This document shows, piece after piece, positions 30,789 to 41,419 of a stretch of DNA of 64,000 nucleotides. Source of the stretch: Longimicrobiales bacterium (GTDB taxonomy: Bacteria; Gemmatimonadota; Gemmatimonadetes; Longimicrobiales; Gaopeijiaceae). Numbering within the stretch: the first letter of the stretch is position 1; the number at the start of each line of letters is the position of its first letter. Below the pieces are notes generated by a model, which had not been told where the DNA came from, made no database searches, and saw nothing but the letters and a program-made list of their open reading frames with translations. The stretch is taken from positions 736,001 through 800,000 of the forward strand of contig CBDCNQ010000005.1 in assembly GCA_965219445.1 (NCBI GenBank), given 5' to 3'. The position numbers were made by a program, and so were the translations under genes.

Positions 30789-31781
30789 TTACGGCAACTT
30801 ACGAAGGACGGTCTGGCCGAGGCCGACCTCGAGGAGCAAGAGCAGCAGACCCGCAGCGAGAGGATAATGGAAGAGCTCCCCGTAGCTCGTGAAGTTCTGC
30901 ACTTCGATCTCCGTGGTCTCGAGGGCGTCTATTTCCTCATAGATCCGGCTGAGGCTCTCCCGGTCAGTCGCGCGGAAGTACCGGCCACCTGTGGTCTCCG
31001 CCACCTCCTGAAGTGAGGCCTCGTCGATGTCGACCTCGACATTGACGTACCGGCGACCCCGGAGTCGATCGTCGATCGGCATCCGTGCCATGCCCTGGCT
31101 ACCCGCCCCGATCGAATAAACCCTCACACCCAGCGCCTGCGCCATTTGGCCGGCGGTCACCGGGCCGATCTCGCCCATGTTGCTCCGCCCATCCGTGAGC
31201 AGCACCACCACCTGCGACGCGGCGTCCGAGGCCTGGAGCCGTTTGACGGCTGTAGCGAGTCCCATGCCCACCGCGGTCCCATCTTCGATCATGCCAACTT
31301 CCATCTGGCCGAGCAGGTCGGTGACAACCGAATAGTCGAGTGTCAGAGGAACCTGTGTAAACGCCTCACCGGCGAATACGACCAAACCGATGCGGTCGTC
31401 GCGTCGGCCCTCGACGAACTCCGCAGCCACCGCCTTCGCGGCCTCCAAGCGGTTGGGCTCCAGATCCTCGGCCAGCATTGAACTCGACACGTCGATCGCG
31501 AGAACGATATCGATCCCCTCCGCATTCACGGTCTCGCCGGTGACCCCGGTTTGCGGGCGGGAGAACGCGACGATGAGCGCCGCAAGCGCGAGCACCCGCA
31601 GGACGAACAGCGCGTGCCGATTCCGACCTGTGCGCCGAACATCGGACTGCTTGAGGGACGCCACGTCCGAGTATCTGATGGCTCCGGAGCGAAGACGGCG
31701 CCTGCCTACGTATACATACACCAGGGCCAGAATCGCCAGGCTGAGAATCAGAAATTGGGGATCCTCGAAGCGGTACATCAC
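30789..31781 (-). CDS. batA: BatA VWA protein
   Basis: EGIDIVLAIDVSSSM, DGTAVGMG, LTDGRSNMG, GGRYFRATD. Confidence 0.9.
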   Translation of the reverse strand: MMYRFEDPQFLILSLAILALVYVYVGRRRLRSGAIRYSDVASLKQSDVRRTGRNRHALFVLRVLALAALIVAFSRPQTGVTGETVNAEGIDIVLAIDVSSSMLAEDLEPNRLEAAKAVAAEFVEGRRDDRIGLVVFAGEAFTQVPLTLDYSVVTDLLGQMEVGMIEDGTAVGMGLATAVKRLQASDAASQVVVLLTDGRSNMGEIGPVTAGQMAQALGVRVYSIGAGSQGMARMPIDDRLRGRRYVNVEVDIDEASLQEVAETTGGRYFRATDRESLSRIYEEIDALETTEIEVQNFTSYGELFHYPLAAGLLLLLLEVGLGQTVLRKLP

Positions 31782-32848
31782 CCCCCCTCGCTATGGGCCG
31801 GGGATGGCGCAGGCTCGAGCGCATCATGGTCATCTGCGTTCGGCCTGGCCCCCACAGGGAAGAGCTCGGCATCGCTGGCATCGCTGCCTGCCGGTGCGGC
31901 TCCTCCCGAGCCTGGGCCCCCGTTGAGGTGGTCTACGCGCGGCTGGGTCCGATGCACGAAAGCACGAGCGGCCTCGAGGATGTCCCGGCAGGCGTCGGGC
32001 GCCGGCCGAAGCTTGGCGAATTTCACGAGGTCGCAGCGGCTGGCGAATCCCCCGAAGGCGTGGACCGCATCCTCAGGGACATCCGTGCACCGAAGACGCT
32101 CAACGACCTCTCCCGTGGTCATCTCCAGGGCGTACACGCCGAACCGGCCCTCGACGTATGTCCGGATGATTTCAGAAGCCAGGATGTGGTACTCCTTGAT
32201 CTCTCCGCGCTCCAGAAGGTCGGAGGCCTCGAGGCGATCGAGGGCTTCGTAAGCGTCCTCATGGGGAAAGCGAGGAATAACGACCGAGCGGCGTGGGCTG
32301 GCCTCTGGACGCCTGCGTTTGACCCACAGCCAGTACGCGAGCCCAACGAGGAGCACCAGCAGAAGGATCCAAGGCAAAACGTAAATCACGTTCAACGGGA
32401 GGCCGAGCGGCCCTCGGATGGCGCGAATGTCCCCTCCCTCGTCCAATCCCACACTCTGAACCGTGATCAAATAGCGGTCCGTCGAAAGCGTATTCGAGGG
32501 CCCGTCTGGCGTCTCCACCCGGACGTCGAAACTCGGAATCTCGAGGTCTCCGAGCTCGAATGCCGCCAGGGTGAAACTCGCGCCCGTGATGGAACGCCCC
32601 TCCTCACTGGCTGGCGGAAAGAGCTCTGCGCCAAGCACCTCGACGGCGCCCAGGGCGAGTGAATCCGGCCAGACCACGGTGCTGGCCGGATCGTGCTCCA
32701 CCCGCACCGTGAGGACCATTCGGTCCCCGACCGAGACCAAGGCCGTGTCCAACTCGGTGAAGATCCGGGGCACCTGAGCTCGGAGCGGTACCGGGGCCAA
32801 AGCGATCAAGAGTGCAATCAGGCACGTCGTGTCCACCCGCAGGCTCAT
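31778..32848 (-). CDS. Bat-operon membrane protein (DUF4381-like)
   Basis: Signal peptide, single TM, IRTYVEGRFG..ALEMTT, DLVKFAK. Confidence 0.75.
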   Translation of the reverse strand: MSLRVDTTCLIALLIALAPVPLRAQVPRIFTELDTALVSVGDRMVLTVRVEHDPASTVVWPDSLALGAVEVLGAELFPPASEEGRSITGASFTLAAFELGDLEIPSFDVRVETPDGPSNTLSTDRYLITVQSVGLDEGGDIRAIRGPLGLPLNVIYVLPWILLLVLLVGLAYWLWVKRRRPEASPRRSVVIPRFPHEDAYEALDRLEASDLLERGEIKEYHILASEIIRTYVEGRFGVYALEMTTGEVVERLRCTDVPEDAVHAFGGFASRCDLVKFAKLRPAPDACRDILEAARAFVHRTQPRVDHLNGGPGSGGAAPAGSDASDAELFPVGARPNADDHDALEPAPSPAHSEGG

Positions 32849-33723
32849 CGGAAGCGCCCCTCCCGCTCCTTGAAGAAGAGCATCAGGGGCTGCACATACG
32901 GCTGGTCCGTCTTGATGTCGATGACGTCCACTCGGCTGTGCTGAAAGATCTGTCCCATTTCAGCCTCCACCCGGGCTGTTCGCTCAGCGAACTCCGCCCG
33001 AAAGCGAGGATCGGCCGTATTCACCGTATGAAGCTCACCGGTCTCGGCGTCCTCGAATTCAACGTACCCAAGTGGGGGAAGTGAGGTCTCCCGGTCGTCT
33101 CCCATACGCACGGCGATCAGGTCGTGCCGCCTTCCTGCTACCGCGAGCGGCTTCTCGAAGCGGGGAGCCTTGAAGTCCGACACGAGGAACACAACCGCTC
33201 GACGCTTGATCACGTGGGTCAGATATTCGAGCGCACCCCGGACATCGGTCCCACGTCCCTCGGGCTTGTGGTAGAAGAGCTCCCTCAGCACGCGAAGCAC
33301 ATGAGGACGACCCTTTCTGGGGGGCACGAACTTCTCGATGCGGTCGCTGAAAATGATCAGGCCGACTTTGTCGTTGTTCTTGATGGCGGAGAATGCCAGC
33401 AAAGCGCAGATCTCCACCGCCACCTCACCCTTCATCCGCTCGCGCGTCCCGAAGTCGCCGGATGCGCTTACGTCCACGACCAACATGACCGTGAGCTCCC
33501 GCTCTTCTTCGAACACTTTCACGAAGGGATGCCCTGTGCGGGCCGTCACGTTCCAATCGATGCTGCGGATATCGTCGCCGTACTGATACTCCCGTACCTC
33601 GGCGAAATTCATCCCCCGTCCCTTGAAGACCGAGTGGTACTCACCCGAGAAAATCTCGTTCACGAGACCCCGGGTCCTGATCTCGACCCGACGAACCTTC
33701 TTGAGGATCTCCCGCGGGATCAT
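32845..33723 (-). CDS. DUF58 protein
   Basis: FKGRGMNFAEVREYQYGDDIRSIDWNVTAR. Confidence 0.92.
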   Translation of the reverse strand: MIPREILKKVRRVEIRTRGLVNEIFSGEYHSVFKGRGMNFAEVREYQYGDDIRSIDWNVTARTGHPFVKVFEEERELTVMLVVDVSASGDFGTRERMKGEVAVEICALLAFSAIKNNDKVGLIIFSDRIEKFVPPRKGRPHVLRVLRELFYHKPEGRGTDVRGALEYLTHVIKRRAVVFLVSDFKAPRFEKPLAVAGRRHDLIAVRMGDDRETSLPPLGYVEFEDAETGELHTVNTADPRFRAEFAERTARVEAEMGQIFQHSRVDVIDIKTDQPYVQPLMLFFKEREGRFR

Positions 33724-33777
33724 CGACCTATACTCCCCACCGACTCCGAGAAGGCTGCGGAAGAACTTCCATAACCT

Positions 33778-34821
<1,044 letters not shown>

Positions 34822-34951
34822 TGGGTTCTTTCCGTCTCCAACTGTCTCGAAGAACAATGCCACGAGACGATCGCGCCTCTGGTCGATTCGCCCGTGGATC
34901 CACCGGGGGAATATACCAAACGAAGCGCCCTCGGGGTTCCCCGATATCAGA

Positions 34952-35012
34952 TTGAGGAAGTCACTAAAGACGTTGCCTCGAAGGCTCTTGACCGTACTTC
35001 CTCAACAGCCTG
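34952..35012. repeat. Inverted repeat resembling an IS-end-derived miniature element
   Basis: TTGAGGAAGT (34952-34961) and ACTTCCTCAA (34996-35005), followed by CAGCCTG. Confidence 0.4.
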
Positions 35013-35061
35013 CCCGCTCCAACTTCGAGGAGATTGAGGGGTCCTCGAACGGGGTGGGGTC

Positions 35062-36216
35062 TCAACCAGGCAGCCGACCCCGCAACTCGGTGAAGGACGC
35101 GTCACCCAGATCGTTTTCGCCCAGGAGCCGTCTCATCGCTCGCGCCTGCACCTCATCGGAGAAGGCACCCGCGTATACGCGGAGCGCTCCGGCCTGGGAC
35201 GGGTAGGTGACCCGAAGCACAAAGGCCGGTATAGAAAGCTCCGCGAGCGCCTGTACGCGGCCATTCGCCTCTCCCAGGGTCTCGTATTCACCTAGAAGGA
35301 AGGAGTACGGGGCCTCCTGGACGGCCCAGCTCTCGGGATCGGGGTTCAGAAGATCAAAGGCTATGCCGAGGGGAGCCCTGAGCTCCTCCGCCTCGGCCGC
35401 GCTGTATGCGGGACCCACCAGCAGTACGTATTGGCGATCGCCGTCGATCGAGAGCGGGGTGACAAAACCGAGAAGCTCTGGCATCCGCTCGCGGAGCGCA
35501 TCTGCCCATGCCCGCGGGGTCTCGGCTTCGCGCCATGTATCGACAAGAATCACGTGGCTCATCACTGGCGTCTCCGGTTGCGGGCCGGATGGTGCCGCCG
35601 GAGCGCGGACGGCGAAGCGGGACCACTCCGAAAGCGTGATCCCAGGGATCTCAACGACACCCCAGTAGAAAGCCGCGAATCCCCCGCCACCGACAACGAG
35701 GACAGCCGAGACAGTCATGAGCCGTCGCGCCCGCTTGCTCCGCTTTCGCCGCCGCTCCAGTGCCTCAAGACCACGGTGTCTCGCCTTCGGCCTTGCGTCG
35801 TCGTCGGTGGGCGTCGGCAGTAAGAGGGAGGCCTCATCATGATCTGCGATTCTCAGATCGACGTGACTGGAGACGGCGCGATCCGAGACGGTGCGATGGA
35901 CATCCAATGATCCGCCGAAATCCCGGTCCACCACAAGATCTTCCATCTCGAGGTGTTGGTCACCTCCATCCGGCACGTCCTCGAGGTCGAACCCGGCACC
36001 GGTCTCGAACCCCTCCATGTCGAACGAGGTCTTAGCCGCCTCCTTCGTCGCATCTTCATCCGCGTCGACGGCCGCCCCCATGTCTACTACGAGAGCGTCG
36101 GCCTCGTCTACACCGTGCCCTTTACCCTCATCGCCGACGGTCGGCTCGGATTCTTCGGGTCCGAAGCCAAGTGAATCTCCGGCTCCGGGCAGTCCGGATT
36201 CTTCGTCGTCAATCAC
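35062..36216 (-). CDS. Bitopic membrane protein with acidic N-terminus and SPOR-like periplasmic domains
   Basis: D/E-rich region, RRRKRSKR then TM, LLVGPAY and RVYAGAF SPOR-like strands. Confidence 0.6.
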   Translation of the reverse strand: MIDDEESGLPGAGDSLGFGPEESEPTVGDEGKGHGVDEADALVVDMGAAVDADEDATKEAAKTSFDMEGFETGAGFDLEDVPDGGDQHLEMEDLVVDRDFGGSLDVHRTVSDRAVSSHVDLRIADHDEASLLLPTPTDDDARPKARHRGLEALERRRKRSKRARRLMTVSAVLVVGGGGFAAFYWGVVEIPGITLSEWSRFAVRAPAAPSGPQPETPVMSHVILVDTWREAETPRAWADALRERMPELLGFVTPLSIDGDRQYVLLVGPAYSAAEAEELRAPLGIAFDLLNPDPESWAVQEAPYSFLLGEYETLGEANGRVQALAELSIPAFVLRVTYPSQAGALRVYAGAFSDEVQARAMRRLLGENDLGDASFTELRGRLPG

Positions 36217-36360
36217 CGACGCGCTCCTCTCATCCTATCGCTGGTCGAATCTTCGGCTCGCCTATAAATCAAGTGCCAGCTTGCAGAAGATTGCAAGGAG
36301 TTTGAGCAGCGATCCCCGGCGGGCCGCGATCGCCAGCGCCACCGCAAGTCGTCAGGACTT

Positions 36361-37380
36361 CTACCGCGCCATGTGCTTCCGAAGTGCACGGGGACCGACC
36401 TCCGCACCGTAGACATTTCCCTCGTTGTCCACCGCGACGCCCTCGGCGGCGCTCGTTCCGCCCGGGTTGGTCTCGGGATCGGGGATGAAGGCGATGACGT
36501 AGCCGCTGTCGAGGTCCATCACGCGGATTCCGCGCCTGAATCCCGGGTTGCGTTGGTAGGTGGATTCCGAGTCCGCCACGTAGAGCTTGTTGTTGCGGAT
36601 CGCGATTCCGCTGGCCCTTCCCATGTTATAGAAGTCGCGAACGAAGGTGCCATCCTGCTCGAACACCTGGATCCGCCGGTTGCTGCGGTCTCCCACGTAG
36701 AGGAGGCCGTCGTCATCCATCGCGAGGGCGTGGGGCGTCCTGAACTCCCCAGGGTTGGAGCCCTCCTTGCCCCACTCCATGAGATACCTGCCATCGCTCG
36801 AGTACTTGACAATGCGATTGTTTCCTCCAGCGGCCGAATGCCCGTCGGCCACGAAGATGTCTCCGTTGGGCGTCACCAACACGTCGTTGGGCTCATTGAG
36901 CGTGGTCCGCGTCCTCCCCCCCACCCCCGCCGTGCCCAGGCGTAGCAAGACCACTCCCTCGGGGCTGAACTTGATCACCTGATTGCCCCGCATGAGGTCC
37001 TCGTTCCCCCGGGCATCCGCGATCCAGATGTTGCCGTCGTCATCCACATCGATCCCGTGAGGCCAGACGAACATCCCGGCTCCGAACTGCTTGAGGATGT
37101 TACCCATCTTGTCGAACTGGAAGACGACGTCCAGGTCGTCGTGACCCACACAGTTGTTCTCTCCGCAGCGATCGACGGCCCAGATCGTTTCGCCGTCCGG
37201 GGAGACCTCCACCAGGCTGGTCGAACCCCAATCCCGTCCGTCGGGCAGCGGCGCCCACACCCCGGGCACCGTGCGGTATGGGTTGGGCTCACTATTCTGC
37301 GCTTGCATCGGTGCCGCCGTTGCACCCACACCCGCTCCGACCATAACGAACATCAAACCCACTCGACTCGCATACGACAT
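36361..37380 (-). CDS. Exported NHL-repeat protein, PAL-like (His/Glu type)
   Basis: GGAG SD; signal peptide; PHGID, ADGH, PHAL, GDRSN, AEGV. Confidence 0.85.
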   Translation of the reverse strand: MSYASRVGLMFVMVGAGVGATAAPMQAQNSEPNPYRTVPGVWAPLPDGRDWGSTSLVEVSPDGETIWAVDRCGENNCVGHDDLDVVFQFDKMGNILKQFGAGMFVWPHGIDVDDDGNIWIADARGNEDLMRGNQVIKFSPEGVVLLRLGTAGVGGRTRTTLNEPNDVLVTPNGDIFVADGHSAAGGNNRIVKYSSDGRYLMEWGKEGSNPGEFRTPHALAMDDDGLLYVGDRSNRRIQVFEQDGTFVRDFYNMGRASGIAIRNNKLYVADSESTYQRNPGFRRGIRVMDLDSGYVIAFIPDPETNPGGTSAAEGVAVDNEGNVYGAEVGPRALRKHMAR

Positions 37381-37600
37381 AGAAATATCTCCCTCAACAG
37401 ATGGAAGTGGAGCGGCGCCGGCCAGCGCCGCCACTGGCGGTTCCAAAGGGGCTCGTGAGCCCTGCCGACTGGGACCATAGGGTAGAGATATTGAACGGGC
37501 AAGTGTCCTTCCTTGCTCCTCAACTGTCGCACTATCATACTGCCTCAGGTCATCGACCATGACTCCTAACTGCATGAGCGAGGCGGGCCCAGGTAGGCGG

Positions 37601-37960
37601 ATGAAACGGCGTGACTTTCTCCGGTTCAGGACCGAGCGGGACACCCGTACGGTCGAAATCTCCTGCCAGCGGCTTTACATGGATTACCTCGAGAGGCGCG
37701 CGACGGGCGGCCCGCCGGACACAGGCGGCCAATCGGACGGAAATTTCGATCCGGCGGAGGAGGGCGAGCCACCAACGGCTTTCGATGAGCGGACGACCGA
37801 AGAGCTCTTCGCGAATCTGGAACGCGACCTGGACGGTGCCGATGTCTTACGCGTGACCGGGCACCGCTGGCTGTCGGAGGGGGACGGCGAACTGCTGAGG
37901 GAGTTCGAAAGACTAGTGTCGTCGTTTAGAGCCCGCGGCGGGCGCGTGGAGTTCGGCTGA
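37601..37960 (+). CDS. Hypothetical protein
   Basis: Fills the gap co-directionally before the channel gene; MKRRDFLRF start without a hydrophobic stretch. Confidence 0.55.
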   Translation: MKRRDFLRFRTERDTRTVEISCQRLYMDYLERRATGGPPDTGGQSDGNFDPAEEGEPPTAFDERTTEELFANLERDLDGADVLRVTGHRWLSEGDGELLREFERLVSSFRARGGRVEFG

Positions 37961-37965
37961 GAACC

Positions 37966-38865
37966 GTGCGGGCAGCGGGCGACCTCCGGCCCTCCATCGA
38001 GGCCTCACCGCGCAGGCATCGTACTTTCGCGGTCATCTTCGGTCACGATACCCCAGCCGGCCGGCTTTTCGACGTCCTCTTAATCCTCGCCATCCTCACC
38101 AGCGTGCTCGTGATCATGCTGGAGAGCGTCACCTCGTTTCGTGCGGAGTACGGTCGCCTGCTCCGAGGAGCGGAGTGGTTCTTCACGCTGCTCTTCACCG
38201 TCGAGTATGTAACCCGCCTCTGGTGCGTCGGGCGCCCCCTCACGTACGCGAAAAGCTTCTTGGGCGTCATCGACCTGCTAGCCGTACTTCCGACTTACGT
38301 CTCAGTGCTCGTCCCCGGAGGGCAGGTCATTACGGTCGTGAGAATCCTGCGGGTGCTCAGGGTCTTCCGCATACTGAAGCTGGCGCACTACGTCGGGGAG
38401 GCCCACGTCTTGGCTCGGGCGATGAGGGCCAGCCGCCGCAAGATCACCATCTTCGTTCTCACGATCGTGACGATCACGGTCATCGTCGGCTCGCTCATGT
38501 ACCTGATCGAGGGGCCCGACCGTGGCTTCACGAGCATTCCCCGTGGGGTCTACTGGGCAATCGTCACACTCACGACCGTAGGCTTCGGCGACATCACGCC
38601 TCAGACACCATTCGGCCAAATCCTTGCTAGTCTCGTGATGATCATGGGGTACCGCGTCATCGCCGTCCCGACTGGGATCGTGACAGCCGAGATCGTACAC
38701 TCCTCGCGCTCGCAGGATGGCCCAGAATGCACCGGGTGTGGCCAGCGCATCCACGACATCGACGCGAGACACTGCAAATGGTGTGGGACGAGCCTGCGGC
38801 AGGCTTATCAGACAGAAAGTCCAACCGTGGTTCACGCCGATGATCCTGATTCCGACGGTCCGTGA
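37966..38865 (+). CDS. Voltage-gated potassium channel (6TM ion transporter)
   Basis: S4 RILRVLRVFRILK, filter TTVGFGD, C-terminal CxxC...CxxC. Confidence 0.9.
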   Translation: MRAAGDLRPSIEASPRRHRTFAVIFGHDTPAGRLFDVLLILAILTSVLVIMLESVTSFRAEYGRLLRGAEWFFTLLFTVEYVTRLWCVGRPLTYAKSFLGVIDLLAVLPTYVSVLVPGGQVITVVRILRVLRVFRILKLAHYVGEAHVLARAMRASRRKITIFVLTIVTITVIVGSLMYLIEGPDRGFTSIPRGVYWAIVTLTTVGFGDITPQTPFGQILASLVMIMGYRVIAVPTGIVTAEIVHSSRSQDGPECTGCGQRIHDIDARHCKWCGTSLRQAYQTESPTVVHADDPDSDGP

Positions 38866-38909
38866 TTGCGTGATTTCAATTGTTCTCGATCAGTAGCGGT
38901 CGCACCTGC

Positions 38910-39512
38910 TTATTCGGGCAGCTCCAGCAGCTGTCCCTCGGGCCCCGCGTTCAGCACCAGGGCCCGTCCCACTGTGGAGCGCTGCCCCCAGCATCCGTGA
39001 ATGTGTCCGCACACGACCAAACGTGGAGACGCCCGCTCGATCGCGTCGAGTACGGCCTGGCTTCCGAGGTGCCGGCCACCGGCCTCATCCACATGCCCAT
39101 GAGGAGGGGAGTGGCTGACGAGCACACCCTCGTCGGGGCATCCGGCCAGCATGGCATCCGCTTCGTCCTCCGTTAGATCGAAGCTCCAATCACCGAAGGG
39201 CGTCACGGGAATGCCCCCTCCGATCCCGTAGAACGGGATCCCCTCCAATGTGGCGACCTCACCGTGGAGGACATGAGCGGAGGCCCACCCCGCACAGGCC
39301 TCCTGTAACTCGACGTCGGACTCACCGTTGCCAGGGACAAGAACGGTGGGCTTGTCGACTTCGCGGAGAATCTCGATCACGTCGTCGATGCCGTGCCGCA
39401 TGACGGCGAAATCCCCGGCGCCCACGAGGACGTCCGCCTCGCCGGAGCGCTCCACCAGGGATCGGGCCGCGTCTCGATCTCGGTGCAGATCACTCAAGAC
39501 GAGGAGTTTCAT
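38910..39512 (-). CDS. Calcineurin-like metallophosphoesterase
   Basis: SDLH, GD, GNGE, HSPP, GHIH. Confidence 0.88.
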   Translation of the reverse strand: MKLLVLSDLHRDRDAARSLVERSGEADVLVGAGDFAVMRHGIDDVIEILREVDKPTVLVPGNGESDVELQEACAGWASAHVLHGEVATLEGIPFYGIGGGIPVTPFGDWSFDLTEDEADAMLAGCPDEGVLVSHSPPHGHVDEAGGRHLGSQAVLDAIERASPRLVVCGHIHGCWGQRSTVGRALVLNAGPEGQLLELPE

Positions 39513-39632
39513 GGATGAGTACTCCTTATCGGTCCGTCGTCGCGTACCGAGCGGCGAGCGGGCGTTGCTGCCGGCCCGGCCGTCCGTTGGAATGGTCGGA
39601 CAAGGTAGCAAGACCCGTGCCGTGCGGAGCCC

Positions 39633-40520
39633 TCAACCTACTGGGGGCGTATCCGCTTCGACGTAATCCGAACCCGTGGCTCGGGACCCATAGACCTCCG
39701 GGACCCACCGCCAACCGTCGGTCGGGGGAAGCCGATAGTCGGGGTCCATCTGGAGATCCGGCAACTCCACCGGCTCATCCGGGACTTCCTGCCACGGAAT
39801 CGTCTGTAAGAGGTGGTGGATACAATTCAAGCGGGCGTGACGCTTGATGTCCGCTCCGACTACGTACCAAGGGGCGTCATCGGTATCGGTATTTTCGAGC
39901 ATCTCGTCCCTCGCACGGGAGTAATCGATCCAATGGGCGCGGGAGGCGATGTCGATCGGTCCAATTTTCCAACGCTTCCTCGGATCGTCCAGCCGATCCC
40001 TGAATCGCTGCTCCTGCTCCTCCGGGCTGATCGCGAACCAGTACTTGATCAGGGTGATCCCCGACTGGACCAGCATGCTCTCGAACCCCGGACACGACCG
40101 CAGAAAGTCCCGGCACTCGGCCTCGGTACAGAATCCCATGACTCTCTCTACGCCCGCCCGGTTATACCAACTGCGATCGAATAGGACCATCTCTCCCGCC
40201 GCGGGAAGGTGAGTGACGTAGCGCTGGAAGTACCACTGGCTTCGCTCCCGCTCGGTCGGGATCCCGAGGGCTACGACGCGGGCTATACGATGATTGAGTC
40301 TCTGCGTGATCCGCTTGATGACGCCGCCCTTCCCCGCGGCGTCACGGCCCTCGAAGATGACGGCCACCCTGAGGCCCTCTCGCTTGATCCACTGCTGTAG
40401 ATCGACCAGGTCTTCCTGGAGCCTGAGGAGCTCTCGGTCATAGGACTTTCCGGTGATGCGTCCGTCCGGCCGATATTCTAGCGGCTCTTCGACCCTGCTC
40501 TCTCGCGATCCTTGGGCCAT
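39633..40520 (-). CDS. ppk2: Polyphosphate kinase 2
   Basis: FEGRDAAGKGG, QWYFQRY, DRSWYNRAGVERVMGF. Confidence 0.93.
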   Translation of the reverse strand: MAQGSRESRVEEPLEYRPDGRITGKSYDRELLRLQEDLVDLQQWIKREGLRVAVIFEGRDAAGKGGVIKRITQRLNHRIARVVALGIPTERERSQWYFQRYVTHLPAAGEMVLFDRSWYNRAGVERVMGFCTEAECRDFLRSCPGFESMLVQSGITLIKYWFAISPEEQEQRFRDRLDDPRKRWKIGPIDIASRAHWIDYSRARDEMLENTDTDDAPWYVVGADIKRHARLNCIHHLLQTIPWQEVPDEPVELPDLQMDPDYRLPPTDGWRWVPEVYGSRATGSDYVEADTPPVG

Positions 40521-40613
40521 CCGGCAGTCTCGCCCCTCTCGTCGTGACCGGTTTCGATGCAGAACGGTAACCCCCGGCGCTGTACACGGGCTAACCATCG
40601 GCTGCCCGGGCCG

Positions 40614-41411
40614 TTACCCCTCCGTGAAATCCAGAACGATCTCTGCCGCTCCGCCCGGACCCAAGCTCACCCACCGCTGCCGCACACCGAGGGACGGATG
40701 CCATGCGGTGATGGAATACGCCCCGGGCGGGATGTCATCGATGACGAAGGTCCCGTCCTCTCGCGTGACCGCCCAATAAGGACTGTCAGCCGCGTAAATC
40801 CAACTCTGCATGAAGTCGTGAGCATCACATTCCAGCCGCACCACATTGCCGAGCCTCGGTCGAAGGTGCTGGACAATGACTTCCTCGGACGGAGGCTGGC
40901 CCAGGTTGAACAAGGATCTCCCCGACCCGTCTACGAGCTCGTAGGCGTGAACGTTGTGCAAGACTGGGTCGCTGTTGAGGATGTCCACGTCCGACGCCTT
41001 GGGAACCACCAGGAGATGCGGCAGGAAAACGCAGTCCCTTTGATCGAGGACGTGTCGGGTCCGCGACTCTGGCCACGCCTTCCCCTCTTGGACGCCCTCC
41101 ACCGCGACCACGACGCCGGCAAGCCCCTGGTTTTCTCCAACCACCACCTCGGTGCGCTCCAGGTACCCGAATCCGCAAACCTCCTCGTCCTTTGTTACGA
41201 GGAGTCGCCGCGGCACCGGAACTTCCCCGCGGAAAACGGCCGTCCCCACCAGCTCAGCACCGTCGGCTACAGCGACCTCCGTGTAGAAGCCCTGACTCAC
41301 TCCGGGTGTAACGCCTCCGATCCACGGAAGTGCCACGAGCAGCAGAGCGCAGGTCCCGCAGCGAACACCGAAGCCGCTACGGCGGTATGATGGGTGGTCA
41401 ACGAAGGCCAT
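40614..41411 (-). CDS. Exported cupredoxin-like protein with carboxypeptidase-regulatory-like domain
   Basis: DQRDCVFLPH, HNVH, CDAHDFM, PPGAYSITAWH. Confidence 0.72.
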   Translation of the reverse strand: MAFVDHPSYRRSGFGVRCGTCALLLVALPWIGGVTPGVSQGFYTEVAVADGAELVGTAVFRGEVPVPRRLLVTKDEEVCGFGYLERTEVVVGENQGLAGVVVAVEGVQEGKAWPESRTRHVLDQRDCVFLPHLLVVPKASDVDILNSDPVLHNVHAYELVDGSGRSLFNLGQPPSEEVIVQHLRPRLGNVVRLECDAHDFMQSWIYAADSPYWAVTREDGTFVIDDIPPGAYSITAWHPSLGVRQRWVSLGPGGAAEIVLDFTEG

Positions 41412-41419
41412 AGGCTAAT

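Noticed and set aside
37601..37630. KRRDFL as a Tat signal
   Set aside because: No hydrophobic h-region follows the motif.
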